From the NCBI GenBank assembly GCA_900769765.1, contig CAAGHW010000005.1, positions 13,838 to 77,837 of the forward strand: a stretch of 64,000 nucleotides of DNA, given 5' to 3'. Positions 12,042 through 23,128 of this stretch are shown here, piece by piece; positions within the stretch are counted from its first letter, which is position 1; every line of letters begins with the position of its first letter. The DNA is from Bacteroidaceae bacterium (GTDB lineage: Bacteria > Bacteroidota > Bacteroidia > Bacteroidales > Bacteroidaceae). The notes below the pieces were generated by a model. The model worked only from the letters and a program-made list of their open reading frames with translations. It made no database searches and was not told where the DNA came from. Both the position numbers and the translations under genes were made by a program.

Positions 12042-12642
12042 CGAACCGCGCCCCGTTCCAACGATAGACAATCTTATTCAACAGCGCGCGCACCTTTGCC
12101 GCATCATCGTCGTTCATATAGTCGGGCATGGTATATTCGGCCACAAGAGTGCTGTCCGCTGCATTCAATTTGAGCGAGACAAGATAGATATCGCACAAGT
12201 CAAGGACACTCTTATCGGCATCGGCAAAGAAATCCCTTATTGATGGTGATGCAAAAAAACTATCGGTGTCCAACCGTTTCCAATCGGCATCGTAAAAAGC
12301 GATACGGCTGTCGGCCGACTCCGCCGACACGGTATTAACCACACAGACAACAGAACTCTCGCCCATAGGCAACACCTTCATCTCTACGGTCGATACGGCT
12401 GTGCTCTGCAACAACAGATAGTCTTTGCCCAACACTTTCAGTGTCGATTTACCGCCAAGAAGATTCGACACGGGATAATCCATGCCTGCATCGGCAAAAT
12501 CTATACAGTCGGCACGGACATTACGTGGCAACAACGGCAAAACGGAATCGGGCGCATCCATAAAAAGAGTACGCGCATCCTGTGCCGAAGAGGTCGTAGA
12601 CCAGGCACACAACAGCAATAGTATCAACAATATCTTTCTCAT
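12031..12642 (-). CDS. hypothetical secreted protein (possibly DUF3256 family, assigned from memory)
   Basis: 203 aa. Signal peptide MRKILLILLLLCAWSTTSSAQ. 4-nt overlap with the upstream EamA gene. Confidence 0.6.
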   Translation of the reverse strand: MRKILLILLLLCAWSTTSSAQDARTLFMDAPDSVLPLLPRNVRADCIDFADAGMDYPVSNLLGGKSTLKVLGKDYLLLQSTAVSTVEMKVLPMGESSVVCVVNTVSAESADSRIAFYDADWKRLDTDSFFASPSIRDFFADADKSVLDLCDIYLVSLKLNAADSTLVAEYTMPDYMNDDDAAKVRALLNKIVYRWNGARFVKE

Positions 12643-13538
12643 TTCGAGCCCAAATATAAGAAGAATAATCCTATTAAAATCAAAACAATGTCAAAAGCTT
12701 TCCGTTTGAGATTCTTCTCGTGCAGAAGCAATGCACCGAAGGCGAACGACACGACAACACTTCCGCGTCTTATCATCGACACGACAGCTATGAGAGCACC
12801 CTCCTGTGCAAGAGAGGAGAAATAGCAGAAATCGGCAAAGCCCAAGAAGATGGAAATCATGGGAATAGCCCAGCTCCAATGGAACTTTTTGCCTCGTTGT
12901 GTTGACGAGAATATGTTCAGCAACAAACCTATGCAACCCATGAGCATACACTGGTAGATATTGAACCACGACTGCACGAGTATAGGTTCCAGCGAGCGCA
13001 TGAGATATTTGTCGTACAGAGCACTCACAGCCCCGAACAGGGCCGCCAACGCCACGAACAACACCCAACGGTTCGAGGTAAAGTCTATTCCTTCGCGTTT
13101 ACCGCTACGGCTCAGAAGGAACACCGACACGACAGCAATGACGACACCCGTCCACTGATAGCCGTTGAGCGTCTCACCAAACAGGAGCAATGCACCGAGC
13201 AGCACAAGCACCGGACGCGTCGACTGTATCGGAGACACGATAGTTATGGGCAGATGCTTGATGCCGATATATCCGCACAGCCACGACGACAGCACAATGA
13301 CAGCCTTCAGCACAAGAAGCAGGTGTGTATGCAAATCGGCTTCGGGCACAAAGAACGCACCCTGGGTTATAGCACCGCAACGGGAGAGTAATATAAACGG
13401 CGAAAAGAGCAGTGCCGAAAAGAGAGTATTCAGGAAAAGTACCGCTATTACAGAGTTATCCTTCAGCGACACCTTTTTGAAGAAATCGTAACAACCAAGC
13501 AAGGCTGCCGACATAAAGGCAAGTACAGCCCACATCAT
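12639..13538 (-). CDS. EamA/DMT-family transporter
   Basis: 299 aa. About 10 predicted hydrophobic helices in two EamA-like halves. Confidence 0.8.
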   Translation of the reverse strand: MMWAVLAFMSAALLGCYDFFKKVSLKDNSVIAVLFLNTLFSALLFSPFILLSRCGAITQGAFFVPEADLHTHLLLVLKAVIVLSSWLCGYIGIKHLPITIVSPIQSTRPVLVLLGALLLFGETLNGYQWTGVVIAVVSVFLLSRSGKREGIDFTSNRWVLFVALAALFGAVSALYDKYLMRSLEPILVQSWFNIYQCMLMGCIGLLLNIFSSTQRGKKFHWSWAIPMISIFLGFADFCYFSSLAQEGALIAVVSMIRRGSVVVSFAFGALLLHEKNLKRKAFDIVLILIGLFFLYLGSK

Positions 13539-14284
13539 AGGAACAACGATTCAGGATATTCTACATTGACAAGAAAGAGAGCCTCACCCATTGCCGAGTC
13601 GCCAGCCTCGCCGCGGGCCTTATTCTCGATGACGGCACGGAAGCCGTCAAGAGTCATCTTGCCGCGACCGACGAGCAACAGCGTACCCACGATGGCACGC
13701 ACCATGTTACGCAGAAAGCGGTCGGCCTCAATCTCAAAGAGCCACTCGTTTTCGTCCACTTGTCGCCATTCGGCAAACGTAACCTTGCAGTTATTTGTCT
13801 TTACATCGGTATGCAGTTTGCTGAAGCTTGTGAAATCGGTATATTCATAGAGAATCCTTGCTGCGCGGTTCATCATGTCGAAATCGACACCCGGCATCAC
13901 ACGACAGGCATAACGCCTTGCAAAAGGAGATTTTGCCGTTATCACCCTGTAGTTATACCGCCTTGACACCGCATCGAAACGTGCATGGGCATCGTCCTTC
14001 ACACGACGTATATTGCTGACAGCAATATCGGGCGGAAGAATCTTGTTCAGCTTATATACCAACTGCTGCACATCAACTTCGGCAGGGAAATCGGCATGAG
14101 CCACCATACACGAAGCATTAACGCCCGCATCGGTACGCCCTGCACCCGTCAAAGGCACAGGCACACGCATCAGCTTGGCAAGAGCCTCTTCCATAACCTG
14201 CTGCACTGTAACGGCATTGGGCTGTATCTGCCAGCCATGATATGCCGCACCATCGTATGAGAAGTATATGAAATAGCGGTACAT
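13535..14284 (-). CDS. truA: tRNA pseudouridine(38-40) synthase TruA
   Basis: YFIYFSYDGAAYHGWQIQ and GAGRTDAGVNA (catalytic Asp) motifs. I prefer the ATG at 14284 (MYRYF...), which overlaps the rsmE stop as TGATG, over the track start at 14317. Confidence 0.92.
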   Translation of the reverse strand: MYRYFIYFSYDGAAYHGWQIQPNAVTVQQVMEEALAKLMRVPVPLTGAGRTDAGVNASCMVAHADFPAEVDVQQLVYKLNKILPPDIAVSNIRRVKDDAHARFDAVSRRYNYRVITAKSPFARRYACRVMPGVDFDMMNRAARILYEYTDFTSFSKLHTDVKTNNCKVTFAEWRQVDENEWLFEIEADRFLRNMVRAIVGTLLLVGRGKMTLDGFRAVIENKARGEAGDSAMGEALFLVNVEYPESLFL

Positions 14285-14985
14285 CACTTCTCGTTCTTGA
14301 GCATTAATATATGGCACGCGGCAAGAGCTGCCGTTTCGGTACGCAGACGGGAGTTGCCGAGACTCACAGGCTTATACCCAGCCTCCATCGCCATCTTTAC
14401 CTCTTCGGGGCTGAAATCACCCTCGGGCCCAATGAGGACTGTGGCATCACACCCTGCAACATGGAGATCCTTCAAAAGATTTTTCTCTCCATCGTAGCAA
14501 TGAGCGATGTATTTCTCGCCGGCACGTTCCTGTGAAACGAATTTCTTGAAATCGGCCATCTCTTCCACAATGGGTTTACTGTATTTCAAAGACTGTTTCA
14601 TTGCCGACACCACGATACGTTCCACACGCTCGGTCTTTATGACCTTACGCTCCGAGAAACGGCAGTTGAGGAATGTCAGTTCATCAAGACCAATCTCGGT
14701 AGCTTTCTCGGCAAACCACTCGATACGGTCCATATTCTTTGTAGGCGCGACAGCTATATGTATATTGCCGTTCCACCCCTTTGGCATAGGCAGCGTCTCC
14801 TTTGCCTCGACATAACAGTGCTTGCCTGCAACAGAACTTATTACAGACTTGTAGAGATTGCCTTTTCCATCGGTGATATCCAGTTCATCACCTACGGAGA
14901 GACGCAACACACGAAGAGCGTGGGCAGCCTCCTCTTCCGACAACTCCCAACGCTCAGCTATATCAGGTACATAAAATAGAGCCAT
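14284..14985 (-). CDS. rsmE: 16S rRNA (uracil1498-N3)-methyltransferase RsmE
   Basis: 233 aa. HALRVLRL N-terminal PUA-like region and C-terminal LIGPEGDFSPEE...LGNSRLRTETA SPOUT motif. Confidence 0.9.
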   Translation of the reverse strand: MALFYVPDIAERWELSEEEAAHALRVLRLSVGDELDITDGKGNLYKSVISSVAGKHCYVEAKETLPMPKGWNGNIHIAVAPTKNMDRIEWFAEKATEIGLDELTFLNCRFSERKVIKTERVERIVVSAMKQSLKYSKPIVEEMADFKKFVSQERAGEKYIAHCYDGEKNLLKDLHVAGCDATVLIGPEGDFSPEEVKMAMEAGYKPVSLGNSRLRTETAALAACHILMLKNEK

Positions 14986-14986
14986 A

Positions 14987-15559
14987 TTATTCTTTTGTGC
15001 TTTTCATTTCTGTTGTATTCTTATGGTGACGCGAATCGATTTCCTCTTTCAGTTTCATCGCCAGCTCATAGTTTTCCTCTTTTACGGCATTTTCCATCGC
15101 CGCACGCAAAGTCCCCTCATCGGCTGCGGTAATAGGTATAGATATTGCACCGTTCTGTTCATCGCGTATGCACATACGGTTAAGCAGTTCCTCGCGGATG
15201 AAGACAGGAGCCTTAGCCCTCAATGCAATGGCTATCGCATCGCTTGTACGTGAATCGATACAGACAATCTCGCCATCCTTTGCATAGTGCAACTCCGAAA
15301 AGAACGTTCCGTCGTCTATGCGGTCTATGAGCACACGTAGCAGCTCTATGCCGAAAGCTGTCGATAACGACCCGAACAAATCGTGTGTCAATGGACGACC
15401 TACATCCACGCCACGCAAAGCGAAAGCTATGGCCTGTGCCTCAAGCATTCCAAGAGCCACTATTATCTTACGCAAACCATCTTTCTCCTGCATGACAAGA
15501 ACATGTGCGCGATGGTCAGAAGCCTTCGACATCATGTCGGAAACAACAAGTTCAACCAT
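14987..15559 (-). CDS. bifunctional nuclease family protein (DUF151/BFN with C-terminal UVR-like helix)
   Basis: Typical BFN core (VLVMQEKDGLRKIIVALGMLEAQAIA...RPLTHDL). Start taken at the ATG at 15559 (MVELVV...), 1 nt after the upstream gene's stop. Confidence 0.8.
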   Translation of the reverse strand: MVELVVSDMMSKASDHRAHVLVMQEKDGLRKIIVALGMLEAQAIAFALRGVDVGRPLTHDLFGSLSTAFGIELLRVLIDRIDDGTFFSELHYAKDGEIVCIDSRTSDAIAIALRAKAPVFIREELLNRMCIRDEQNGAISIPITAADEGTLRAAMENAVKEENYELAMKLKEEIDSRHHKNTTEMKSTKE

Positions 15560-15560
15560 G

Positions 15561-16814
15561 TTATACCTTTTTTTCTTTAAATATAAATGCAAACAGAATT
15601 GCAATCAACAGCGCATACCCCGCAAAGATATACCAAACAATTGGCCAACCATCAAAAAATGTCTGATTTTTTGTAAAATAATTGACAACTTCCTGAGCGG
15701 CGACAACACCTATTGAGGCTCCGAAGCCGTTTGTCATAAGCATGAAGAGACCTTGTGCACTCGAGCGCATACTCTCGGGCACCTCGTTGTTGACAAACAA
15801 CGAACCCGATATATTAAAGAAATCAAAGGCGACACCGTACACAAGCATTGACAATGCAAACATGAAGACACCAGGCACACCAGGATTGCCGACAGCAAAG
15901 AAGAAGAAACGGCACACCCATGCAAGCATAGCCACAATCATCACCTTCTTTATACCGTATCTGCTCAGGAACATCGGAATAAGGAGGATACACAACGTCT
16001 CGGATAGCTGAGAGAGAGAAATCAGCATATTGGTATGCTCGACAGCGAATGTTCCCGCATATTCAGGATACTCCCCGAACCCGTTGATATAAGGGTTCGC
16101 ATATCCGTTGGAAATCTGCAACGCAGCACCAAGCAACATTGAGAATATAAAGAACACCGCCATCCTTTTCTCTTTGAAGAGCCTGAACGAGCCAAAGCCA
16201 AGAGCCGAGACAAGAGACTTGCCACCTGCATCCCTGTTTACAGGACATTTGGGCAACGACAAGGAATAGAAAGCAAGCACAATACCCCATGCCGCCGAAG
16301 CAAAGAATTGGTTATAGCTGTCCTGAAAACCGGTGTAATCGACGAGCAACATCGAAAATATAAATCCTATTGTTCCAAAAACACGTATAGGTGGAAAAGC
16401 CTTCACCGTATCAAGGCCCGCACTTTCGAGTGCCGTATATGAGACAGAGTTGGACAATGCGAGTGTAGGCATATAGAACGCAACAGCCACGGTATATGTA
16501 CCGAAAATATCACCGAATGCGACATCATAGCCCTCGCGCATACCTATGTAACCCGTTATGGCCATAAAGACGGCAGCCACGGCATGGCAGAAAGCCAACA
16601 GATGCTGTGCAGGAACCCAGCGGTCGGCAATAACGCCCATAATGGCAGGCATGAATATTGACACGACACCCTGTACCGAATAGAACCAGCCTATATGTGT
16701 TCCAAGACCATAACCACCGAGATAACGTCCCATGGATGTGAGATAAGCACCCCAGATAGCGAATTGTAGAAAACTCAATACTACAAGCCTGAATTTAATG
16801 TTTGAACTCTGCAT
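15561..16814 (-). CDS. nucleoside permease (NupG-like MFS transporter)
   Basis: 417 aa, 12-TM-like. N-terminus FRLVVLSFLQFAIWGAYLTSMGRYL is characteristic of the nucleoside:H+ symporter family. Confidence 0.85.
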   Translation of the reverse strand: MQSSNIKFRLVVLSFLQFAIWGAYLTSMGRYLGGYGLGTHIGWFYSVQGVVSIFMPAIMGVIADRWVPAQHLLAFCHAVAAVFMAITGYIGMREGYDVAFGDIFGTYTVAVAFYMPTLALSNSVSYTALESAGLDTVKAFPPIRVFGTIGFIFSMLLVDYTGFQDSYNQFFASAAWGIVLAFYSLSLPKCPVNRDAGGKSLVSALGFGSFRLFKEKRMAVFFIFSMLLGAALQISNGYANPYINGFGEYPEYAGTFAVEHTNMLISLSQLSETLCILLIPMFLSRYGIKKVMIVAMLAWVCRFFFFAVGNPGVPGVFMFALSMLVYGVAFDFFNISGSLFVNNEVPESMRSSAQGLFMLMTNGFGASIGVVAAQEVVNYFTKNQTFFDGWPIVWYIFAGYALLIAILFAFIFKEKKV

Positions 16815-16886
16815 AGATTTCTGTTTATAGATTATTACATTAGAGAACTAATATCTAAACCACAGAGCAAACATTATGTTCATTCA

Positions 16887-17177
16887 TCATCTGAACACAA
16901 TATCTGTTATGACCTGTGCTTTCACATAATCGTTAAGTTTATGCACAAGCGTTTTACGATTCATCAACAGTTCCTGACGTAATACCGACGATGTCAATGT
17001 GACATACAGTACCTGATTATGTATCTGAAGATTTTTTGTATATGACTGTACAGCAGGGCCAAGCACCTTAGACCACGCATTTATAAGACGATATTCATTC
17101 AGAGGAGTCTCAAGACCCTCTTCGCGACACATCACACGCACAAGCTCCGCTATGGATTTCGTTGAACCTCTTTTCAT
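16887..17177 (-). CDS. DUF721 domain protein (recF-associated)
   Basis: 96 aa. Lies immediately downstream of recF, as is typical. WSKVLGPAVQSYTKNLQIHNQVLYVTLTSSVLRQEL matches the DUF721 pattern from memory. Confidence 0.7.
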   Translation of the reverse strand: MKRGSTKSIAELVRVMCREEGLETPLNEYRLINAWSKVLGPAVQSYTKNLQIHNQVLYVTLTSSVLRQELLMNRKTLVHKLNDYVKAQVITDIVFR

Positions 17178-17209
17178 TATCGGATACGTTCTGTTTTGTC
17201 AATTTTGTT

Positions 17210-18316
17210 TCATTTGCTTTTCAGCAACTCCATCTCACCGCCCTTGACCTCAAAGAGCCTGTACTCGCCATTTATGCCATCGAGTATTCCGTCGATATGC
17301 TCACGGTTCACATCGGTTATGAAAATCTGTCCGAAATCATCGCCCGACACAAGAGATATAATATGCTCCACCCTATAGCTATCGAGTTTGTCGAATATAT
17401 CATCGAGCAGCAACAACGGAGTCTCCCCACCCTTACGGCGCAAGAAATCGAACTGAGCCAACTTCAACGACACAAGAAAACTCTTGTTCTGCCCCTGCGA
17501 ACCCTCCTTTTTCAAAGGATAACCGTTCAACTGCATGACAAGCTCATCGCGATGGACGCCCTTTGACGTATGCCCCAAGCGACGGTCATCAGCACGCGAA
17601 GCGGCAAGCAGTTCAGCAAGGTTATTCTCGTCAAGATGCGAACGGTAACGCAGAGAGACCTCTTCGCCACCACCGACGATAGAGTTATGGAATGCAGTGA
17701 AGATTGGTATCAACTCATCGGTGAACTGTTTGCGTCGTTCATGTATACACACAGCCTCGGCCACCATCATATCCTCCATCAGCGACATCATATCGGCATC
17801 GGGCTCACGCTCGCCACGCAACAGCACATTACGTTGTTGCAAAGCCCTGTTGTAACGTATAAGCGCACCCAGATATTCCTTGTCATACTGCGAGATAACA
17901 ACATCCATAAAACGGCGACGTTCCTCGCTTCCGCCGGCAATAAGTTCATTGTCGGCAGGCGACACCATCACAAGAGGGATATGACCGATATGGTCGGAGA
18001 GACGCTCGTATGCCTTACCACCCCTGCGGAACATCTTTTTCTCGCCACGCTTGAGGCCGCACGATATCTCGTCATCAATGCCGCTGTCGCTTGTATAAGC
18101 ACCCTGCAACATGAAGAAAGATGCATCGTGATAGATATTGCCATTGTCGGACGGAGATATGGCACTCTTGCAGAACGACAGATAATAGACCGCATCGAGC
18201 AGATTCGTCTTACCCATTCCATTGCTGCCTATAAAACAATTTATTTTGGGCGACAACGAAATGTTGACGTCGGCAAGATTCCTATAATTCAGTATTGAAA
18301 TGCTGTTAAGTTTCAC
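17210..18316 (-). CDS. recF: DNA replication/repair protein RecF
   Basis: 368 aa. Walker A GSNGMGKTNLLDA, signature SQGQNKS, Walker B LLLLDDIFDKLD. Confidence 0.96.
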   Translation of the reverse strand: MKLNSISILNYRNLADVNISLSPKINCFIGSNGMGKTNLLDAVYYLSFCKSAISPSDNGNIYHDASFFMLQGAYTSDSGIDDEISCGLKRGEKKMFRRGGKAYERLSDHIGHIPLVMVSPADNELIAGGSEERRRFMDVVISQYDKEYLGALIRYNRALQQRNVLLRGEREPDADMMSLMEDMMVAEAVCIHERRKQFTDELIPIFTAFHNSIVGGGEEVSLRYRSHLDENNLAELLAASRADDRRLGHTSKGVHRDELVMQLNGYPLKKEGSQGQNKSFLVSLKLAQFDFLRRKGGETPLLLLDDIFDKLDSYRVEHIISLVSGDDFGQIFITDVNREHIDGILDGINGEYRLFEVKGGEMELLKSK

Positions 18317-18475
18317 AGTTATATATCCTAATTTAGAATGCGAAGATAATGAAAAACAAGAATAAAAACGGTACTATTCAAACTATTTTTATGCACCCAA
18401 ATGCGGCTATCGGGCTTTCCGGAACGAAAAACCAAAAAAAATCAGCTATAATTTTTCATCAACCAAGAATTTGAT

Positions 18476-18483
18476 TACTTTTG
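18476..18483 (+). promoter_or_regulatory. candidate -7 promoter box (TACTTTTG)
   Basis: TAnnTTTG match 43 nt upstream of the 18526 ATG. The -33 region is only T-rich. Confidence 0.35.
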
Positions 18484-18525
18484 CATCTTAGAATTTGTAT
18501 ATAAAATAAATAATAAAATATAACT

Positions 18526-19188
18526 ATGAGCAAGAAAGAGACAGAGAAACAGATTCTCGCAGATGAGGTTCTCAGCAAGTCTGAGGCTTTCGTTATCAAA
18601 CACAAGAACACATTCGTAGGAGTAATTGTTGCTATCATCGTGGTAGTTTGCGGTTATCTTGCCTACAACACATTCGTTGCTGAACCAAAGAATGCCGAGG
18701 CAGCAAAGGCTATATTCAAAGCTGAGCAGTACTTTGTAAACGGCGAATACGAGACAGCCCTCAATGGTGACGGTATCAATGCCGGATTCCTACAGGTTAT
18801 AGATGAGAATGGCGGTACAGATGCTGCTAACCTTGCATATGCTTATGCAGGTCTCTGCTATGCACAGCAGCAGAACTATGACGAGGCAATCAACTACCTC
18901 GAGAAATACGATGGCGGTGACAAGCTCGTTTCTCCTATGGTAAAATATGCGCTCGGCAACTGCTATGCAAACCAGGAGAACATCGACAAGGCTATCAAGC
19001 TTCTTCTTGAGGCTGCTGACGAGGCCGACAACGTAACAGTAAGTCCCAAATGTCTGTTCGATGTAGCTGCCATGTACGAGAAGCAGGGCAATACAGATAA
19101 AGCAATCGAGTTGTACAACAGAATCAAGAACGAATATCCACAGGCTCCTGAGGCTGTCAATATCGACCGTTTTATCAACGCAAAGTAA
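18526..19188 (+). CDS. membrane-anchored tetratricopeptide-repeat protein
   Basis: 220 aa. One N-terminal TM helix (FVGVIVAIIVVVCGYLAY) followed by TPR-like repeats. Confidence 0.75.
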   Translation: MSKKETEKQILADEVLSKSEAFVIKHKNTFVGVIVAIIVVVCGYLAYNTFVAEPKNAEAAKAIFKAEQYFVNGEYETALNGDGINAGFLQVIDENGGTDAANLAYAYAGLCYAQQQNYDEAINYLEKYDGGDKLVSPMVKYALGNCYANQENIDKAIKLLLEAADEADNVTVSPKCLFDVAAMYEKQGNTDKAIELYNRIKNEYPQAPEAVNIDRFINAK

Positions 19189-19212
19189 GAAACAATATAC
19201 TTAATCAAACAT

Positions 19213-19253
19213 CAAGACCGACCGAATATATTCAAAATCGGCCGGTCTTGTTT
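19213..19253 (+). terminator. intrinsic terminator after the TPR gene
   Basis: 13-bp stem (12 of 13 paired) CAAGACCGACCGA...TCGGCCGGTCTTG, followed by TTT. Confidence 0.6.
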
Positions 19254-19273
19254 CAATAACAGAGTATAAAGAA

Positions 19274-19762
19274 ATGGCAACCGAACTGAAAAACCTCTCA
19301 AGCTACGACCCCAGCAAGACTCCTGACGGCAAGGGACGTAAGATTGGCATTGTATATGCCGAGTGGAACGAAGAGATAACACACGCACTGCGCGACGGTG
19401 CTGTAAAGACATTATGTGACAATGGCGTTGAAGCCGACGACATCACCTTGGCAAGTGTTCCGGGCAGTTTTGAACTTATATTCGGAGCTTCGCAGATGGT
19501 AAAGAGCGGAAAATATGATGCCGTGATAGCCATTGGCTGTGTGATACGTGGCGACACCCCTCATTTCGACTATATCTGCGAAGGTGTTACCGCAGGTCTT
19601 TCAAAATTGAATGTAGAATATGATGTTCCTGTGATTTTTGGTCTTATCACCACCAACAACCTGTTGCAGGCACAAGAGCGCAGCGGTGGCCGTTTAGGCA
19701 ACAAAGGCGATGAATGCGCAGTAACTGCGCTACATATGATAGCGCAGTTCAAGCATAAATAA
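19274..19762 (+). CDS. ribH: 6,7-dimethyl-8-ribityllumazine synthase
   Basis: 162 aa. Typical RibH ([36 protein letters not shown]). Confidence 0.95.
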   Translation: MATELKNLSSYDPSKTPDGKGRKIGIVYAEWNEEITHALRDGAVKTLCDNGVEADDITLASVPGSFELIFGASQMVKSGKYDAVIAIGCVIRGDTPHFDYICEGVTAGLSKLNVEYDVPVIFGLITTNNLLQAQERSGGRLGNKGDECAVTALHMIAQFKHK

Positions 19763-19868
19763 CACGAGCCGCGATAGGTCGCATACAGTGCAGCGTAGTT
19801 GCACCGTGCGGGTCGCAATAAGCGAGTGTTATTAATGCGCAAAAAAAATGATAGCGCAGTTCAAGCAT
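19736..19868 (+). repeat. 21-nt perfect direct repeat (ATGATAGCGCAGTTCAAGCAT) at 19736-19756 and 19848-19868 flanking a 91-nt insert
   Basis: Direct reading. The first copy encodes the last residues of RibH (MIAQFKH) and the second copy is non-coding. The insert has 8-nt terminal inverted repeats (AATAACAC/GTGTTATT). Confidence 0.85.
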
Positions 19869-19888
19869 CAAAGACAACATAAAAGCAA

Positions 19889-19918
19889 GAAATCCTCAAA
19901 GCGCGCTTTGAGGATTTC
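19889..19918. terminator. 30-nt perfect palindrome; bidirectional terminator between convergent ribH and rubrerythrin genes
   Basis: GAAATCCTCAAAGCG/CGCTTTGAGGATTTC. Confidence 0.65.
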
Positions 19919-19943
19919 TGCTATTTATCAACTCATTATATAA

Positions 19944-20486
19944 TTACTTGAAGTATCTGTTGTAAAGACCTTCAAAGCCCTTGCCATGACGAGCCTCGTC
20001 CTTTGCCATCTCGTGAACGGTGTCGTGGATAGCGTCGAGGTTAAGCTCTTTAGCGCGTTTTGCAATGCGGTACTTGTCGCTGTTAGCCTCAGCCTCTGCA
20101 TTCATACGCTTGTCGAGGTTTGTCTTTGTATCCCAAACGCAGTCACCCAAAAGCTCTGCGAACTTAGCTGCATGCTCAGCCTCTTCCCATGCGTAACGCT
20201 TGAAAGCCTCTGCAATCTCGGGATAGCCCTCACGGTCTGCCTGACGGCTCATTGCCAAGTACATACCTACCTCGGTACACTCACCTATGAAGTGGTTGTT
20301 CAAGTCCTTTATCATCTCATCGTCGCAACCTTTTGCCACACCGATAACATGCTCCTGCACGAACTGGATAGGACCCTCCTGCAACTCATTGAATTTCTCC
20401 GCAGGAACTTTACACATTGGACAACGCTCGGGAGCTGATTCACCTTCATGTATATAACCACACACTGAACAAATATACTTTTTCAT
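19944..20486 (-). CDS. rbr: rubrerythrin-family protein with N-terminal rubredoxin-like domain (reverse rubrerythrin arrangement)
   Basis: 180 aa. N-terminal CxxC...CPxC (CSVCGY...CPMCKV) followed by a ferritin-like diiron four-helix domain (EGE..., EEAEH, E..H). Confidence 0.88.
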   Translation of the reverse strand: MKKYICSVCGYIHEGESAPERCPMCKVPAEKFNELQEGPIQFVQEHVIGVAKGCDDEMIKDLNNHFIGECTEVGMYLAMSRQADREGYPEIAEAFKRYAWEEAEHAAKFAELLGDCVWDTKTNLDKRMNAEAEANSDKYRIAKRAKELNLDAIHDTVHEMAKDEARHGKGFEGLYNRYFK

Positions 20487-20510
20487 AGTCGTAAAATTTT
20501 AAATTGTTTG

Positions 20511-20532
20511 AATTATTGTATTATCTATTATC
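20511..20532 (-). promoter_or_regulatory. Fur/PerR-box-like sequence upstream of rubrerythrin
   Basis: The minus strand reads GATAATAGATAATACAATAATT (three GATAAT-like hexamers) 25-46 nt upstream of the rbr ATG. The context is AT-rich, so a chance match is possible. Confidence 0.35.
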
Positions 20533-20544
20533 TCTTTTTTATTT

Positions 20545-20961
20545 TTATTTCTTTGAACATTCCGGGCAAAGACCTTTAAGGTACAACTGCGCATCGGTAA
20601 TATCAAGATTTTCGATACCCTCGACCATCGACAGAAAATCTTTCTTGATGTTAAAATCGATTATCTTACCACATTTGTTGCAGAGAAAGTGTGCATGCTT
20701 GCTGCAATCTCCATCAAAGCAACGGAACGTGTCGTCAATGGTAAGCATCAGTATCAACCCAGCATCGACAAACAGTTTCAATGTATTATACACCGTTGTC
20801 AGGGAGAGAGAACCAAGTTCATCGCGCAAAGCCTCATAAACAACCTCTGCTGTCGGATGCTGACAACTGTTACGCACATATTCGAAAATTGCAAGACGTT
20901 GTACCGACGGACGAATACCGGCCTTTGTCAATTCTTCTTTCAGTTCTGCTCTTGATACCAT
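20545..20961 (-). CDS. Fur-family transcriptional regulator (PerR-like)
   Basis: 138 aa. Winged-helix N-terminus (RPSVQRLAIFEYV...HPTAEVVY), HAHFLC and two CxxC pairs (CNKCG, CPEC). Confidence 0.88.
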   Translation of the reverse strand: MVSRAELKEELTKAGIRPSVQRLAIFEYVRNSCQHPTAEVVYEALRDELGSLSLTTVYNTLKLFVDAGLILMLTIDDTFRCFDGDCSKHAHFLCNKCGKIIDFNIKKDFLSMVEGIENLDITDAQLYLKGLCPECSKK

Positions 20962-21011
20962 ATTTGCTTCAAATCTTTGCTGTTTTCAGTATTTCATTTC
21001 TGAAATCATTG

Positions 21012-21019
21012 CAAATATA
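21012..21019 (-). promoter_or_regulatory. candidate -7 promoter box (TATATTTG) for the Fur-family gene
   Basis: TAnnTTTG match about 50 nt upstream of the ATG at 20961. A small inverted repeat TTTCAG-N10-CTGAAA (20984-21005) lies in the leader. Confidence 0.35.
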
Positions 21020-21144
21020 TAATCGTTTTTAATTTTGTGCAAGTATTTCCGACTTTTTTTTGCAAAAATTTTAAAAAAAATGAAAAAACGGGAGAAAATA
21101 GGGGGCGAGCGTATGCTTGATTTTTATTTTTCACTATAAAAGAG

Positions 21145-21152
21145 TAATTTTG
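21145..21152 (+). promoter_or_regulatory. candidate -7 promoter box (TAATTTTG) for the ABC-F gene
   Basis: TAnnTTTG match 38 nt upstream of the 21190 start. Confidence 0.35.
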
Positions 21153-21189
21153 GAACCACATAGTATTACATTATTAATATATAGGAATT

Positions 21190-23121
<1,932 letters not shown>

Positions 23122-23128
23122 TATATTA

